A stretch of DNA of 64,000 nucleotides. Origin: Heterodontus francisci (lineage: Eukaryota). Under the pieces are notes generated by a model. The model made no database searches. It was not told the origin of the DNA and saw nothing but the letters and a program-made list of their open reading frames with translations. The translations under genes were made by a program, and so were the position numbers. The stretch lies in NCBI RefSeq assembly GCF_036365525.1, contig NC_090375.1, positions 46,031,847 to 46,095,846 on the forward strand, written 5' to 3'. Positions 1 through 11,246 of the stretch are shown in pieces; position 1 is the first letter of the stretch, and each line of letters starts with the position of its first letter.

Positions 1-789
1 CAATGATTCCTTCTGCAAGGTACACCTGTGTGTGAAGGATAAAGGGAGGTAAGTGAAAGGGAAATAGTCTGTCACCACTCCTGTCTGAGCTCACTCATGA
101 AAAATAGTCATCTAGGTGATGAACCAGAGGGTTCATGTTGCCTGAGCAGCAAAGGAGGGGAGTAAAATGGGTGACCAAAAAATAAACACCTCTCGTACAC
201 TGAAGGACTGAGAAACTGCATCAATTTTGCTATTATAACTTGTCAGTTTATTACACACAGATGGCTGCTTCCTTATTAAAAGCAGTCTCTGAATAACCAG
301 ACACAATTTTTGAACTGCCAGCTTTTGTAATTTAGAAAGGTTTAAAAGGGCCCGATCAATACTCGTTCCTCTTTATTAAAACGAGTGCAGAAACAAATTA
401 ACTTCTTCAATTTCTTTCATGCGAGAATGTGGATCTGTTATGCCTGATTTGTATTATTACAATCTATACAGGTGCTTGTTTATCCAAGGAAACCAGTAAC
501 TGACTTCACAATGTTACAGTGGATATTGCCTTCTTACGGGACATCTGCTTACTTTTTACATGCACAGGTTGTAATTAATAAAATTAATCAGTTTCTTTCG
601 TTGCTTTGTATCAGCTCATTTTGCATTGTGTGTCAGTGAAGCACAAGAGCATGTGCATTGTATTTAATCATGAGGGGGTGGTTTCTTCAGGTCACTCCAG
701 GACTAACTTTCCAAATGGGTGCTCACAGCATGCAGCATTCCATTCCCCTCCCCCTGAGAAAATCTGCTGGCCCAGCTATTGCTGGAGCA

Positions 790-2185
790 GTACACCTCCA
801 GATTGGAAAATTGCAAAGGTAATTCCATTATTTAAGAAAGGTGAAAGAGAGAGACCAGGAAACTACTGTTATGACCAGGTGAGGAAGAGGTCTCAGGCTC
901 CCCTCTTGCCCCTTTCCTGGTTTGGCCGTAACAGAGTTTATCTTTTAAAACACAGTGATTTTAGCTTAAACCCCTCAGTGAGCCTTTTGCTCACTGCACT
1001 TTAATTGTAATTGCAAATGAACCAATCAGACAGGTTTTCTTAGGGTTAAACTTAGTAAAGATGTAAGTTTATTAGCCTTATCACTCTAACTCGGTTAAAA
1101 TGACTAAAATACGTGATGCAACCACGCTAGCATGCATATGAGAAAAACACACACACAAATAGATACAGAGGGGAGGAAAGAATTGCCGGGGTGGGGGGCA
1201 CGTTTGAAGTAGAATTTGTTGGGGCCCAATGCACAATTTCTAACTTGCTTCTCTGGTACAAGAAGACTAAAGAAGTGCTCTGTCTTGAGGCTGAAGCCGC
1301 TACTGTGGATCCCTGGGACTTTCCTGGAGAGAGAGAGAGAAAGGAGAGAGCATTTCCTTCTGTTGGTCTTCAAATTGCAGTCAGTTACTTTTCTGTGTTG
1401 CACAATTCAAACAGTTCCTAGTTTGCCCATCTCTTTGTTTGAAATCACAACTTCTTAGAGGGTTGCAGGACTTCAGAGTCTCCCAGACACTCGGTGGGGG
1501 GGGGGGGGGGGGGGCGGGGGTGTTGGAGTGCTGGCTCTTACACAGACAAGATGTGGATCATCACTGTTGCTAAGAGCAATCATGTTAATTGAAACAGTGA
1601 GCACTCCCATTGTCTCTCTATGCAACTGCCTCTCAGAATGCAAACGTGCAACCATGTTTTCAGCCACTTAGTTCTGTTTTTTTAAAACAAGTTCTGTGCA
1701 ATATCCAGTAAAAAAAAGTTCAAGTAGTGTTCCATATGACAAAATTAATATGTTTCCATTTGGCAGGTGTGATTTCCGTCACACTACAGACCCTGTTAGT
1801 CTAACATCTGCTGTGGGGAAGTTATTAGGATCTGTAAGGGGGGGGGGGGGGGGGGTGGCGGTACGGGTCATATCTAACAAACCTAATTGAATTTTTTGAG
1901 GAAATAACTTGCGTAGTAGACAGGGGAATATCTATGGATGTAGCTTTCTGGATTTCCAGAAGGCAGATACTAAGGTTCCACATAAGAGATTGTTAGCTAA
2001 AATTAAAAGCTCATTAAATTTAAGGTAAATTATTGACCTTTTTAGGTGATTGGTTAGGCAGTAGAAGACAGTATAGTGAAATAAAATATGGACTCGAATT
2101 GAAAGGAATTGACTAGTGGTGTCCCACAAGGATCTGTGATGGGGTTTCAACTCTTCACTATATTTATCAATGACTTGGATAACAT
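790..2185 (+). mobile_element. Decayed CR1-type LINE RT fragment interrupted by a solo LTR
   Basis: DWKIAKVIPLFKKGERERPGNY (to 866) continues as (R)PVSLTSAVGKLL after 1787, then DFQKA- and IFINDLD-like remnants. Confidence 0.8.
867..1783 (-). mobile_element. Solo LTR (917 bp) of a Gypsy/Gmr1-related family
   Basis: TG...CA termini (TGTTATGACC...CCGTCACA) and perfect 4-bp TSD CTAC (863-866, 1784-1787). Removing it restores the CR1 frame. The terminus resembles the reverse complement of the LTR end GGTCGTAACA at 34014. Confidence 0.85.
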
Positions 2186-2697
2186 AATACTACATAATGT
2201 AAGGTAATTCAATCAGAAAAAAGAAAAGTGGTCAATGACAAGCTTTGACAACAAACAATTTCCACAATCACCAATGCTATAACAGAAAGATGCTTGAGGT
2301 GGTTTGGTCATATCTAGAGGGTTGTGCCTGAACAGTTAACCTGGGGAGTTTATTGCAGTGGGAAGCAGAGATCAGCCAAGGGTTGTAGAATGAATGGAAG
2401 TCAGAAAAAAAGGAGGAAAATGTGCTCTGCCTGGTGACCTGATGTATTATTCTTACTGATCTACAGGATAGATGCATTGACATGATATGATTTTGAGACC
2501 CGTTGATGCCTGGCACTCAACTTGGTCTCCTGAGGCGATAATGAGCTTGTCATTTACCGTCCAGATAGTTGTAATGTGTCCAATGCCAATAGATGTTTCT
2601 CAGTGGTGGTTGAGGGGTGGAAAGGGGGAGGGGTTGAAGTGGGCAATGGTGGCAAATGAAAATCTGTTAAAGCCACCTCCAGAAACTCCAACAGTTT

Positions 2698-2957
2698 GGC
2701 AGGATTTCATGAGTCCCCCACCCCGAGGCGGATTGGAAGAGAGGGAGAGGGCATGGAGAATTGTAACAGGTGGTGAGGCAGCGGGCCCGTCACCTCCCCA
2801 TCACCCAGTGATCTTGCCAGGGGTAGGATAGGCTGACAACAGACTTCCCGCCCAGAGGCCAATTGAGGCCCTTAAGTGGCCTATTAAGGCAGAGGTGAGG
2901 TTTCTCTGCAGTTTTGGTCTAGCACTTGGAGCCCGGCCTCCAGCACAAAATCCAGCC
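2698..2957. mobile_element. Degenerate Harbinger-like MITE
   Basis: Termini GGCAGGATTT / AAATCCAGCC resemble the TIRs of the 58676 and 62051 elements; GC-rich interior. Confidence 0.45.
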
Positions 2958-3399
2958 ATTTGTTTTTTTAACAATTTTTTGATTTTGCGTTATCATGTCA
3001 ACATTTTGCGATTCACAAGGAAGGCAAGGAGAGGGAGAAACATCATAGTGCACCCTCAAACAATAAAGGTAAATTAAAACTAACTAATGAAATATTGAAT
3101 GTTTGAAACACATTATTGCAGATTGGTGGGTCATCTGCATCAACCGTGTAGCCTGTAGGAGGGAGAGGGGAATGGGTAAAGTACACTGAGGGAGTAAGCC
3201 TTTAACATGTTTTGCATCCAATTTATTCTGCTTGCAGCTTTCCATCCAGATACATTTTGTATGCTGGGGTGGGAGCGCACATTTTGGATTAAATTTTTGG
3301 TTTTAATGATTCAAACAGAGCTTCACAAACCAAGAAAGGATATCACGAATTTTTATCCATTGTCTCAGCCCTACTTTCAGAAATTTCCTCCCCAAGCCT

Positions 3400-3780
3400 T
3401 GGTTCAGTGTTTCTCGCCTCTGCATCAGAGACTTGAGTGCAAAATCTGGGCTGATGCTCCAATGCAGTACTGAGGGAGTGCTGCTTTGTTGGAAGTGCCA
3501 TCTCTTGGATGAGATATTACACAGAGGCCCCCCTCTGCCATCTGAGGTGGCAGAATTTGAAGAAAAGCAGGGGTCTTCTCCCTGTTATGCTGACCAATGT
3601 TTATCCCTCAACCTACATGACTAAAACAGGTCATCTGGCTGTTATCGCATTGTGGGACCAGGCTGCCGTGTTACCTACATTACAACAGTCACTATAGTCA
3701 AAGTACTTCATTGTCTGTAAAGTGTTTTGGGACATCCTGAGGTCATGTAATGTGCTATATAAATGCAAGTCTTTCTTTTC
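3400..3780 (+). mobile_element. Deu-domain SINE (SacSINE1/AmnSINE1-like) with L2-type tail
   Basis: GCAGTACTGAGGGAGTGCTGC...GGATGAGA Deu-like core; tail GTGCTATATAAATGCAAGTCTTTC. Confidence 0.65.
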
Positions 3781-4360
3781 TAAACCCCAACTGCTTCTCC
3801 ATTTCTCTCTCCACTTTTAAAACTCTTCTTAAAAGCCATCTTTTTGATCAAGCTGTTGATTAGCTCTCTTAACTTACTCACCAGTTAGCCTCTTGACCAT
3901 TCCTTTTTTCAGATGTTTTCCTCTGGAAAGTATCTTGAGATATTTTTCAATGTTCAAGGCACAATACCAATGCAATATTATTTTTGTTGGAGATTTTTTT
4001 CAATCTTCCTGTAAGTCTTACTGAAATGAATTTATGATACTTTTGTGAGAACAATTTTTACTTACACATTTTAAGTTTTGGTTTTAAACCTAGTAAAGTT
4101 GCATATTATTCCCTGATAAGTCTCCAAGGTGGACTTATCCATGTAAGTGGATCATTTACAAGGGAAACAATGAAGGCAAATAAATCAGACCTTTTTCAAT
4201 ACACTTCCATGGGAGTTCAGGAAGCCATAAGTTGTCTAACTGCACATTGCAGAATCCTAAGCTGGTGCAAGTGAAGGCAACTTTTATAGCAGGGGTGACT
4301 TTTGTACGCATCCCAGGGACAGCATTCCATGGTCAATGTGTCATAGAATTGAGTGGTACA

Positions 4361-4540
4361 AAGAAAAAAAATAACTTGCACTTATATAGTGCCTTTCACA
4401 TTCTTAGAACACCTAAGGTGCTTCACAGGCAATGAAGTACCTTTGAAGTGTTGTCACTGTTGTAATGTAGCCAAATGTGACAGATAATTTTCAAACAGCA
4501 AGATATCACAAACAGCAATAAAACAAAGGACCAGATAATC
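4361..4540 (-). mobile_element. 3' part of a Deu-type SINE
   Basis: Reverse complement of the 3640-3780 tail (ACTTGCACTTATATAGTGCC...GTCACTGTTGTAATGTAG). Confidence 0.55.
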
Positions 4541-4599
4541 TCTTGCAATAATTTAACACCATGATTTACAAAGTACAGATGGCCTTTGATGGGAACAAT

Positions 4600-6060
4600 G
4601 TGGCCATATGGCCAGCAGATTGCTGTTCCTCTTCTGCCACTACAATGTTTTTCATCTCATCTGTGCATTACCTTCTGAAGCTCGTATCCTTTGGGATATG
4701 TGGTGGTGATTGCAAAGGTTTGTATGAGGAATTCAGTGTTGTGAGATGCTATCTTGTCAGCAGGCTGCTGACCCAGACCACAATGGCACAAAAGTGACTA
4801 ACACTATATTTTTGTCTGGAAGAGACATTGCAAGAATGGTACCATGATGTCACACTGCCAACAGGGAGCTGCAGTTCCTGTCAGCTTGAGGATGTGAAAT
4901 TACGCCTAAAGAATTAGGCAGTGCTTGCGATTCTAAATACATTGTGCAAGTGAGTAAGAAGGGGTTGACAAGGCATAACAATTGGATGGAACAAGCCCAT
5001 AGCTTGGGGGAGAGTTGCAGTTTCACCTTCTCTTACTCCATCAATGGTCCTGGAAGCAAAATTATCTAAGGTGGTCTCCTCCAAATGAGCCATACTTTAG
5101 TCATTTCTGAATACTTAGTTAAGTTCTATTCCATTGCAGTGGGAGCTATCATGGTGAAGGGGTTAAGTAGAAACAAGTTGAGTTTTAGAAAAGCATCTCA
5201 GCAGAATTTAACAGTCAGGTTGAGAAAAGAAACAAAGGCGCTGCTAGGGTAAAGGGCAGGATTAGGGAGCGAAGGTTGGAGCCGAGACCTCGAGGCCACT
5301 GTTTCCGTGGAAGTTTGGTTTAATGGGAAACAAAGAGATAATAAGCTCGAGATGGAGCCATCTGGTATGTGTATTGATAAGGTTGAAGATGTGTGTTCAT
5401 TGGAATGTGTAATCAATCAGCATTGTTTTATGATCAATCATATCAATCATCCGTTGTTTGAATACATTGTATGATAAGAACAGTATATAAGTTTGTGCTC
5501 CTGAATGTAAGTATTACCTCGGAATACCCAAGGTGGTGTCTCTCCCTGCGTTCACTTGAATAAATCAATTGAACCTGTACCTGAGTCTCTTCATGTGGTG
5601 ATTGAGTTGCCCCACAACAATGGCATGCAAAGACAGTAGTTTTAAGGTGGCATAAATTGAAAGAGTACAAGTGCAGGATTAGATGTTTGTGGAAGCAACG
5701 CCTCAGGCTTGCACTGTGCAGCTAGGTTGTCTTAAACACTATTTGTGTATGAATCCCTTTGAAGATGTGAGTATGTCAAAGCTTTCACTCAGTTACAGCT
5801 ATAATGTATGCCCTGCGGGTATGACCAGCAGTGAGAAAGTTGTGTGAGGGTTTGACATGACAGAGTAATAAATGTACAACAGGTTGACTGGCAACACTTT
5901 GTGGTCTGTACATGTGGACCCTGCACTGGGGAAATGGAACTGTTGAGTAGGTTTACTTTGACTGATTTCTTCAGGTTCTTCCACATACGGCCCTGCTATC
6001 CTGTGCGTCCTGTAGGAAGGTACCCTGGTATGATAAACAGTACAGCCATCTTATGCAACA
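4600..6060 (-). mobile_element. Highly decayed LINE RT remnant (possibly Vingi/Ingi- or RTE-X-like), host of the solo LTR at 5155
   Basis: Minus-strand remnants resembling LSKAFD (about 5780) and P-Y-G-V (about 5000); weak. Confidence 0.3.
5155..5619 (+). mobile_element. Solo LTR (465 bp), ERV- or Gypsy-like
   Basis: TGAAGGGG...CCCCACAACA termini, perfect 4-bp TSD ATGG (5151-5154, 5620-5623), TATATAA at 5484-5490, AATAAA at 5559-5564. Confidence 0.75.
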
Positions 6061-6943
6061 CCATCTACACTTTGCCAGCAATGGAGTTCTGGGCAATTCT
6101 ATTACGAGCCCAAAGTCTTAGAGAGCAATTTTAACTCTAAATGCCTGGCAGAAACCAGGCAAATGAGGAGTTAAAAAATGCCCCAGATCCTGATTTCAAA
6201 CTGTTATTCTGAGATGGTGGTGAAGGCATTCTCCGAAAGTCAGCTGGATAAAGTGTTGGGGTTCAGCTCAATGAAGTTATCAGGCCCCAATTGCTTTTTT
6301 TAACATTAATCTGAGCGGAAAAGCAGCTGCAGGTGAAGACCGTGGAAACAGCATCCAGAACCAGATGAGGTCATTTAATATTGTTTTTAGATTCCCTTGT
6401 AGATCCGGGGGGCGGGGGCAGCATTTCACCTAACTGAACACCAAGTGGGATAGGATCTGTTGAAAAAAGGACCAAGCTAAAGAAATAAAACCTTGTGGTA
6501 ATAGAGGAGTATATTCCTGTGTGATGAGATTGCCTTCACCAGTATATCTTTCTCCTTTTTGGAACTAGCATTCATTGTCCAAACAGACTGCGCATATGGA
6601 AGGCAGGTAAAAGGCACCTCAAGGTTCCTTTACCCTACAATTTTCATCTCTCATCTCCTGAATGTTCTTACTTTTGCAGGTATTTGGGAACTTATCCAAG
6701 CGACCATTGTGCATGTATTAACCATGACACTGAATGCCAACAGGGGTAAATCACAATCCAGCCTAATCCTGCCCTCACCTGGTGTTTATGCAGGTGTTCA
6801 TTCCAGCATGGAATGTTGGGTATCGTTAGGCAGAGAGGATGAGCTCAAAACAGGCATGAGACGATAAAAATCAGCAAGAGAGAGAAGTCTGGATGAGATT
6901 TGAAACCACATTCCACAAGTGAAACACAACCTCTATGACTAAT

Positions 6944-7101
6944 AAAAACAAGAAATGCTGGAAATACTCAGCAGGTCTGGCAGCATCTGTGGAGAGAGAA
7001 GCAGACTTAACGTTTCGGGTCCACAGATGCTGCCAGACCTGCTGAGTATTTCCAGCATTTCTTGTTCTTATTTCAGATTTCCAGCATCTGCAGTATTTTG
7101 C
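6944..7101. mobile_element. Penelope-like pseudo-LTR in inverted (fold-back) arrangement
   Basis: 52-bp inverted arms 6941-6992 and 7021-7072 with 1 mismatch; 13-bp TSD CTCT(A/C)TGACTAAT (6931-6943, 7102-7114); same sequence as the 3' end of the PLE at 30200-30295. Confidence 0.8.
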
Positions 7102-7349
7102 CTCTCTGACTAATTACCTTTTATTCAATACAAAGTTAAACATGTCGAAAAAAGAAAAATGAGATTTTTGAGTGACAAAGTGTAAAACTAACAGAGAAAC
7201 TGATAGCAGAAACCATATCTTTATTAAGCAGACTGCTCTAATTATCAAGGCTGCCTAAAATTTGCCTTTGACCATGAAATCTGGTATTCTGAAGATAGGA
7301 GATTCATAGTGAAAAAACTGTTGGTCCAGTAAGTATTTTGCCAAAACTC

Positions 7350-8375
7350 TGCTGCCCACATTCTAACCTGCAACAAGTCCCATTCACCCATCACCCATAT
7401 GCTCGGTGATCTATATTGGCTCCCAGTCCCTGAATTTTTAAAAATTAAAAATTCTCATCTTGTGTTCAAATCCCTCCATGACCGTGCCCTTCCCTATCTT
7501 TGTAACTGCCTCTAGCCCTGTAAGCCTTTGAGAACTCTGTGTTCTTCCCACTTCGGCCTCTTGCCCACTAATTTCACCCCACCATTGATGTGCCTTTAGT
7601 TAGTTGTCTAGGCCCTACAAGAACACAAACATTTAGCATGCAGCTGCAGCAAGCAATTAGGAAAGCAAATGGCATGTTGACCTTTATTGCAAGGGGATTG
7701 GAGTACAAGAATAAAGAAGTCTTGCTACAATTGTACAGGGCTTTGGTGAGACCACACCTGGAATACTGTGCACAATATTGGTCTCCACATTTAAGGAAGG
7801 ATATACTTGCATTGGAGGTGGTTCAGCGAAGGTTCACTAGACTGGTGAGAGGGTTGTCCTATTTATGACAGGCTGAGTAAATTGGGTCTATATTCTCTGG
7901 AGTTTAAAAGAATGAGAGGTGATCTCATTAAAATATTCAAGATTATGAAGAGGCTTGACAGGGTGGACACTGAGATGCTATTTCCCCTGGCTGGGGAATC
8001 TAAAACAGGAGGCACAGTTTCAGCATAAGGAGCCAATCATTTGGGACTCAGATGAGGAGAAATTTCTTCACTCAAAGGGTTATGAATCTTTGGAATTCTC
8101 TACCCCAGATGAATGTGAATGCACCATCATTGAATATAATTAAGGCTGAGAAAGACAGATTTTTGGTCTCTCAGGGAATCAAGGGATTTGGGGAGCAGGT
8201 GGGAAAGTGGAGTTGAAGCCCAAGGTCAGCCATGATCATATTGAATGGCGGAGCAGGCTTGACAGGCCATATGGTCTAATCGTGCTCCTCTTTCTTATGT
8301 TCTTATGTTCTAAAGTCTGGATTTCCCTGCCAGAATCTCTCCCCCATCACCATTCTTTAAGACCCTCTTAAAACA
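7350..8375 (+). mobile_element. L2-type LINE 3' remnant split by a CR1 insertion
   Basis: SPITHMLGDLYWLPV / KILILVFKSLH L2-like C-terminus; resumes after 8310 (AAAGTCTGGATTTCCCTGCC). Confidence 0.55.
7619..8310 (+). mobile_element. 5'-truncated CR1/HER1-type LINE
   Basis: KANGMLTFIARG...[19 protein letters not shown]; 3' tail GCTCCTCTTTCTTATGTTCTTATGTTC. Confidence 0.9.
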
Positions 8376-9111
8376 TTTAAACTGAGGGATATAAGGAGAA
8401 ATAAGACAGACTGAATAACATTTTCCTATTCCTAAAAAAATCTTGTCTTTTCTATTCCTTAATCCTAGTTCTTTCTATAGTATCTTAATAGGATGCCGAC
8501 TTTCCATTGCACATTGTGCCGATGCGAGTTGTAGCACTGTTCCCTACTGTAGCGACAATGTCCCCTTAAAGAATGGTAACAGGCCTAATCCAGCAGCACA
8601 AAAAAAAAACTTTAAAGCAACTGAAGTCCACAAATCCTTTTTTGTCCTCTCAGTATAAAGCATATTTTACATCATTCAAACTTTTCAGCCTTCTTACCAC
8701 TGCAGCTACATCAACCTCACAACCAACTGGCTAGCAATGATTAATCGAGGTGCATACATGGAATAAAGCCTGCCCCAGTGCAGGCTTTCAATTCCACTAT
8801 CTGACCTAGTAATAGCTCACAGCGATTGAAAAAACTATGAGTCCCAGGCGCCTGGTTTCAGACTGAAAACCTGGATGACAACTGCTCAGAAGTACTGGCA
8901 GCAGAACGAATGTATTGAATTAGTGCTTGGCTGTTCTTCACATACATCATCATCCACTGCACCTTTCAAAAACAAATAACATTGTTTTAAGGCAGTCGGA
9001 CACAGTTACAAGCATCATTTTTCTATTTAAGAACCTAAAAAACTAGGTTCTATACTGGATGAAAGGCAGCGTCAAAGTTTACACCATCCTGCATTAAACA
9101 CTCTGACAGCT

Positions 9112-9415
9112 CCCTTGATGAGCCAGTTGGTAAATGCATTGCTTAGCACAGGAATGAGCTACATAGGCCAGAAATGTCACTGGTTTGCTCCCCAGTTTGT
9201 GCTGGGTTAGCTGATTTTTGCTGTGCCAATTGGCCTCAACATCACTAGGATCAGAAGGGAAAATATTAGCTAACCTACCCAGTCTTCATTGCTATCTAGT
9301 GAGTTCTACTGGAGAGTCTGTGTGCATGTGTGTGTGCTTGTGTGTGTTTGTTGAGGACCAAGCTCAGCTGTGGCACTTCCTGAGGTGAAATAATCTATCG
9401 GCACTCACTTCTAGA
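9112..9415 (+). mobile_element. Old tRNA-derived SINE-like repeat; related pieces at about 1-160 (+), 6660-6830 (-), 14395-14475 (+), 17815-17975 (-), 51205-51420 (+)
   Basis: Recurrent motifs TGTGCTGRGTTAGCTGAT, CAATTGGCCTCA, ATTGCTATC(T/C)AGTGA and GAAATA(A/G)TCT across copies; A-box-like start. Confidence 0.45.
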
Positions 9416-10093
9416 TTCATATTTAAAGAATGACACTTGATAAAAATATTGGAGGGCATTTGTTGCTGATAGTGATTTCAGCAGAAGAGATAATGAAAAG
9501 GTATAGCCTGTAAAAGTAAATGAAGAAATCACAACAAAGAGAATCACATTAAACAGATAATCCAGGAGCTGCCATTTTAGTGGAGAGGAAACCTTAGCCA
9601 GTAAATCATTCATAATTTTCAGTATGTTCATGATTTGAAAGCAGAATTGTTAGAAGATAATTGAAATTCCCATAGGAGCCGACCACATTAATGCAGATTG
9701 ATTTTACCAGTATGTAGTTTCAGTACCAGACAGTACAGCATCATCTAGTGAAAATGTCCTTTGCTTACTGGGATTTTTCAGTTTACCATCAGCTGTTACT
9801 TTAAATCCCTATGCCCCTACCCTCTATTATTTTCTCCCACATTATCCTGCCTTACCACTTACTCCCAGACTTTTAAAAACCATCTAAAACCCTTCACTTT
9901 GTTCAAGCTTTCAACACTCTCCTCACCCTAACTTTTCTTCTGCTTGCCTCTTTTCCCTCTCGCTCAGTTTCCTACCACCTTCCGAGAGATGAGACATCTT
10001 GATATACGTGAGGAGTGCTACAGAAAGATCAGCTGCAGTTGTAGCCCTCTGAGCTATTCTTAGACCTTGTTCCATGTGAAATAGGGTAGGCGG

Positions 10094-10168
10094 TGGCGTA
10101 GTGGTATTATCACTGTACTAGTAACCCAGAGACCCAGGGTATTTCTCTGGGGACATAGGTTCGAATCC
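10094..10168 (+). promoter_or_regulatory. Internal Pol III type-2 promoter (A and B boxes) at the LINE 5' end
   Basis: TGGCGTAGTGG matches TRGCNNAGYGG and GGTTCGAATCC matches GGTTCGANNCC, 53 nt apart. Confidence 0.7.
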
Positions 10169-10897
10169 CACCAAAGCAGAAGATGGAATTTGAATTTAAT
10201 TAATAAATCTGGAATTAAAAGCTAATCTAATGATGACCATGAAACCATTGTTGATTGCCATAAAACCATTGTCGATTGTTGTAAAAACCCATCTGGTTCA
10301 CTAATGTCCTTTAGGGAAGGAAATCTGCTGTCCTTACCTGGTCTGGCCTAAATGTGACTCCAGACCCACAGCAATGTGGTTAACTCTTACATGCCCTCTG
10401 AAATGGCCTAACAAGCCACTCAGTTGTACCTAACCGCTACGAAGTCAATAAAAAGGAATGAAACCCGACGGACCGCCCGGCATCGACCTAGGCACCAGAA
10501 ATGACAATGGCAAACCCAGCCCTGTCGACCCTGCAAATTCCTCCTTACTAACATCTGGGGGCTTGTGCCAAAGTTGGGAGAGCTGTCCCACAGACTAGTC
10601 AAGCAACAGCCTGACATAGTCATACTCACGGAATCATACCTTACAGACAATGTCCCAGACACTGCAATCACTATCCCCGGGTATGTCCTGTCCCACCGGC
10701 AGAACAGACCCAGCAGAGGTGGTGGCACAGTGATATACAGTAGGGAGGGAATTGCCCTGGGAGTCCTCAACATCGACTCCGGACCCCATGAAGTCTCATG
10801 GCATCAGGTCAAACATGGGCAAGGTAACCTCCTACTGATTACCACCTACCACCGCCCTCCCTCAGCTGATGACTCAGTACTCCACCATGTTGAACAC

Positions 10898-11246
10898 GGG
10901 GCGGCACAGTGGCGCAGTGGTTAACACCGCAGCCTCACAGCTCCAGCGACCCGGGTTCAATTCTGGGTACTGCCTGTGTGGAGTTTGCAAGTTCTCCCTG
11001 TGTCTGCGTGGGTTTCCTCCGGGTCCTCCGGTTTCCTCCCACTTGCAGGTTGATAGGTAAATTGGCCATTATAAATTGCCCCTAGTATAGGTAGGTGGTA
11101 GGGAAATATAGGGACAGGTGGGGATGTGGTAGGAATATGGGATTAGTGTAGGATTAGTATAAATGGTTGGTTGATGGTCGGCACAGACTCGGTGGGCCGA
11201 AGGGCCTGTTTCAGTGCTGTATCTCTAAACTAAACTAAACTAAACT
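10898..11246 (+). mobile_element. HE1-type (V-domain) tRNA-derived SINE, full length
   Basis: GGGCGGCACAGTGGCGCAGTGG head, V domain TGTGTGGAGTTTGCAAGTTCTCCC...GGTTTCCTCCCAC, CR1-like tail, (TAAAC)n end; TSD AACAC (10893-10897, 11247-11251). Confidence 0.9.

Noticed and set aside
1496-1520. Long G homopolymers (also 1838-1855 and 62696-62728) giving poly-Pro/Gly ORFs
   Set aside because: Low-complexity tracts inside repeats; lengths may be sequencing artefacts and they are not coding.
10084-10175. Possible tRNA gene (also the heads at 10898 and 34671)
   Set aside because: A and B boxes are present but there is no full cloverleaf or T-run terminator; these are retroelement heads.
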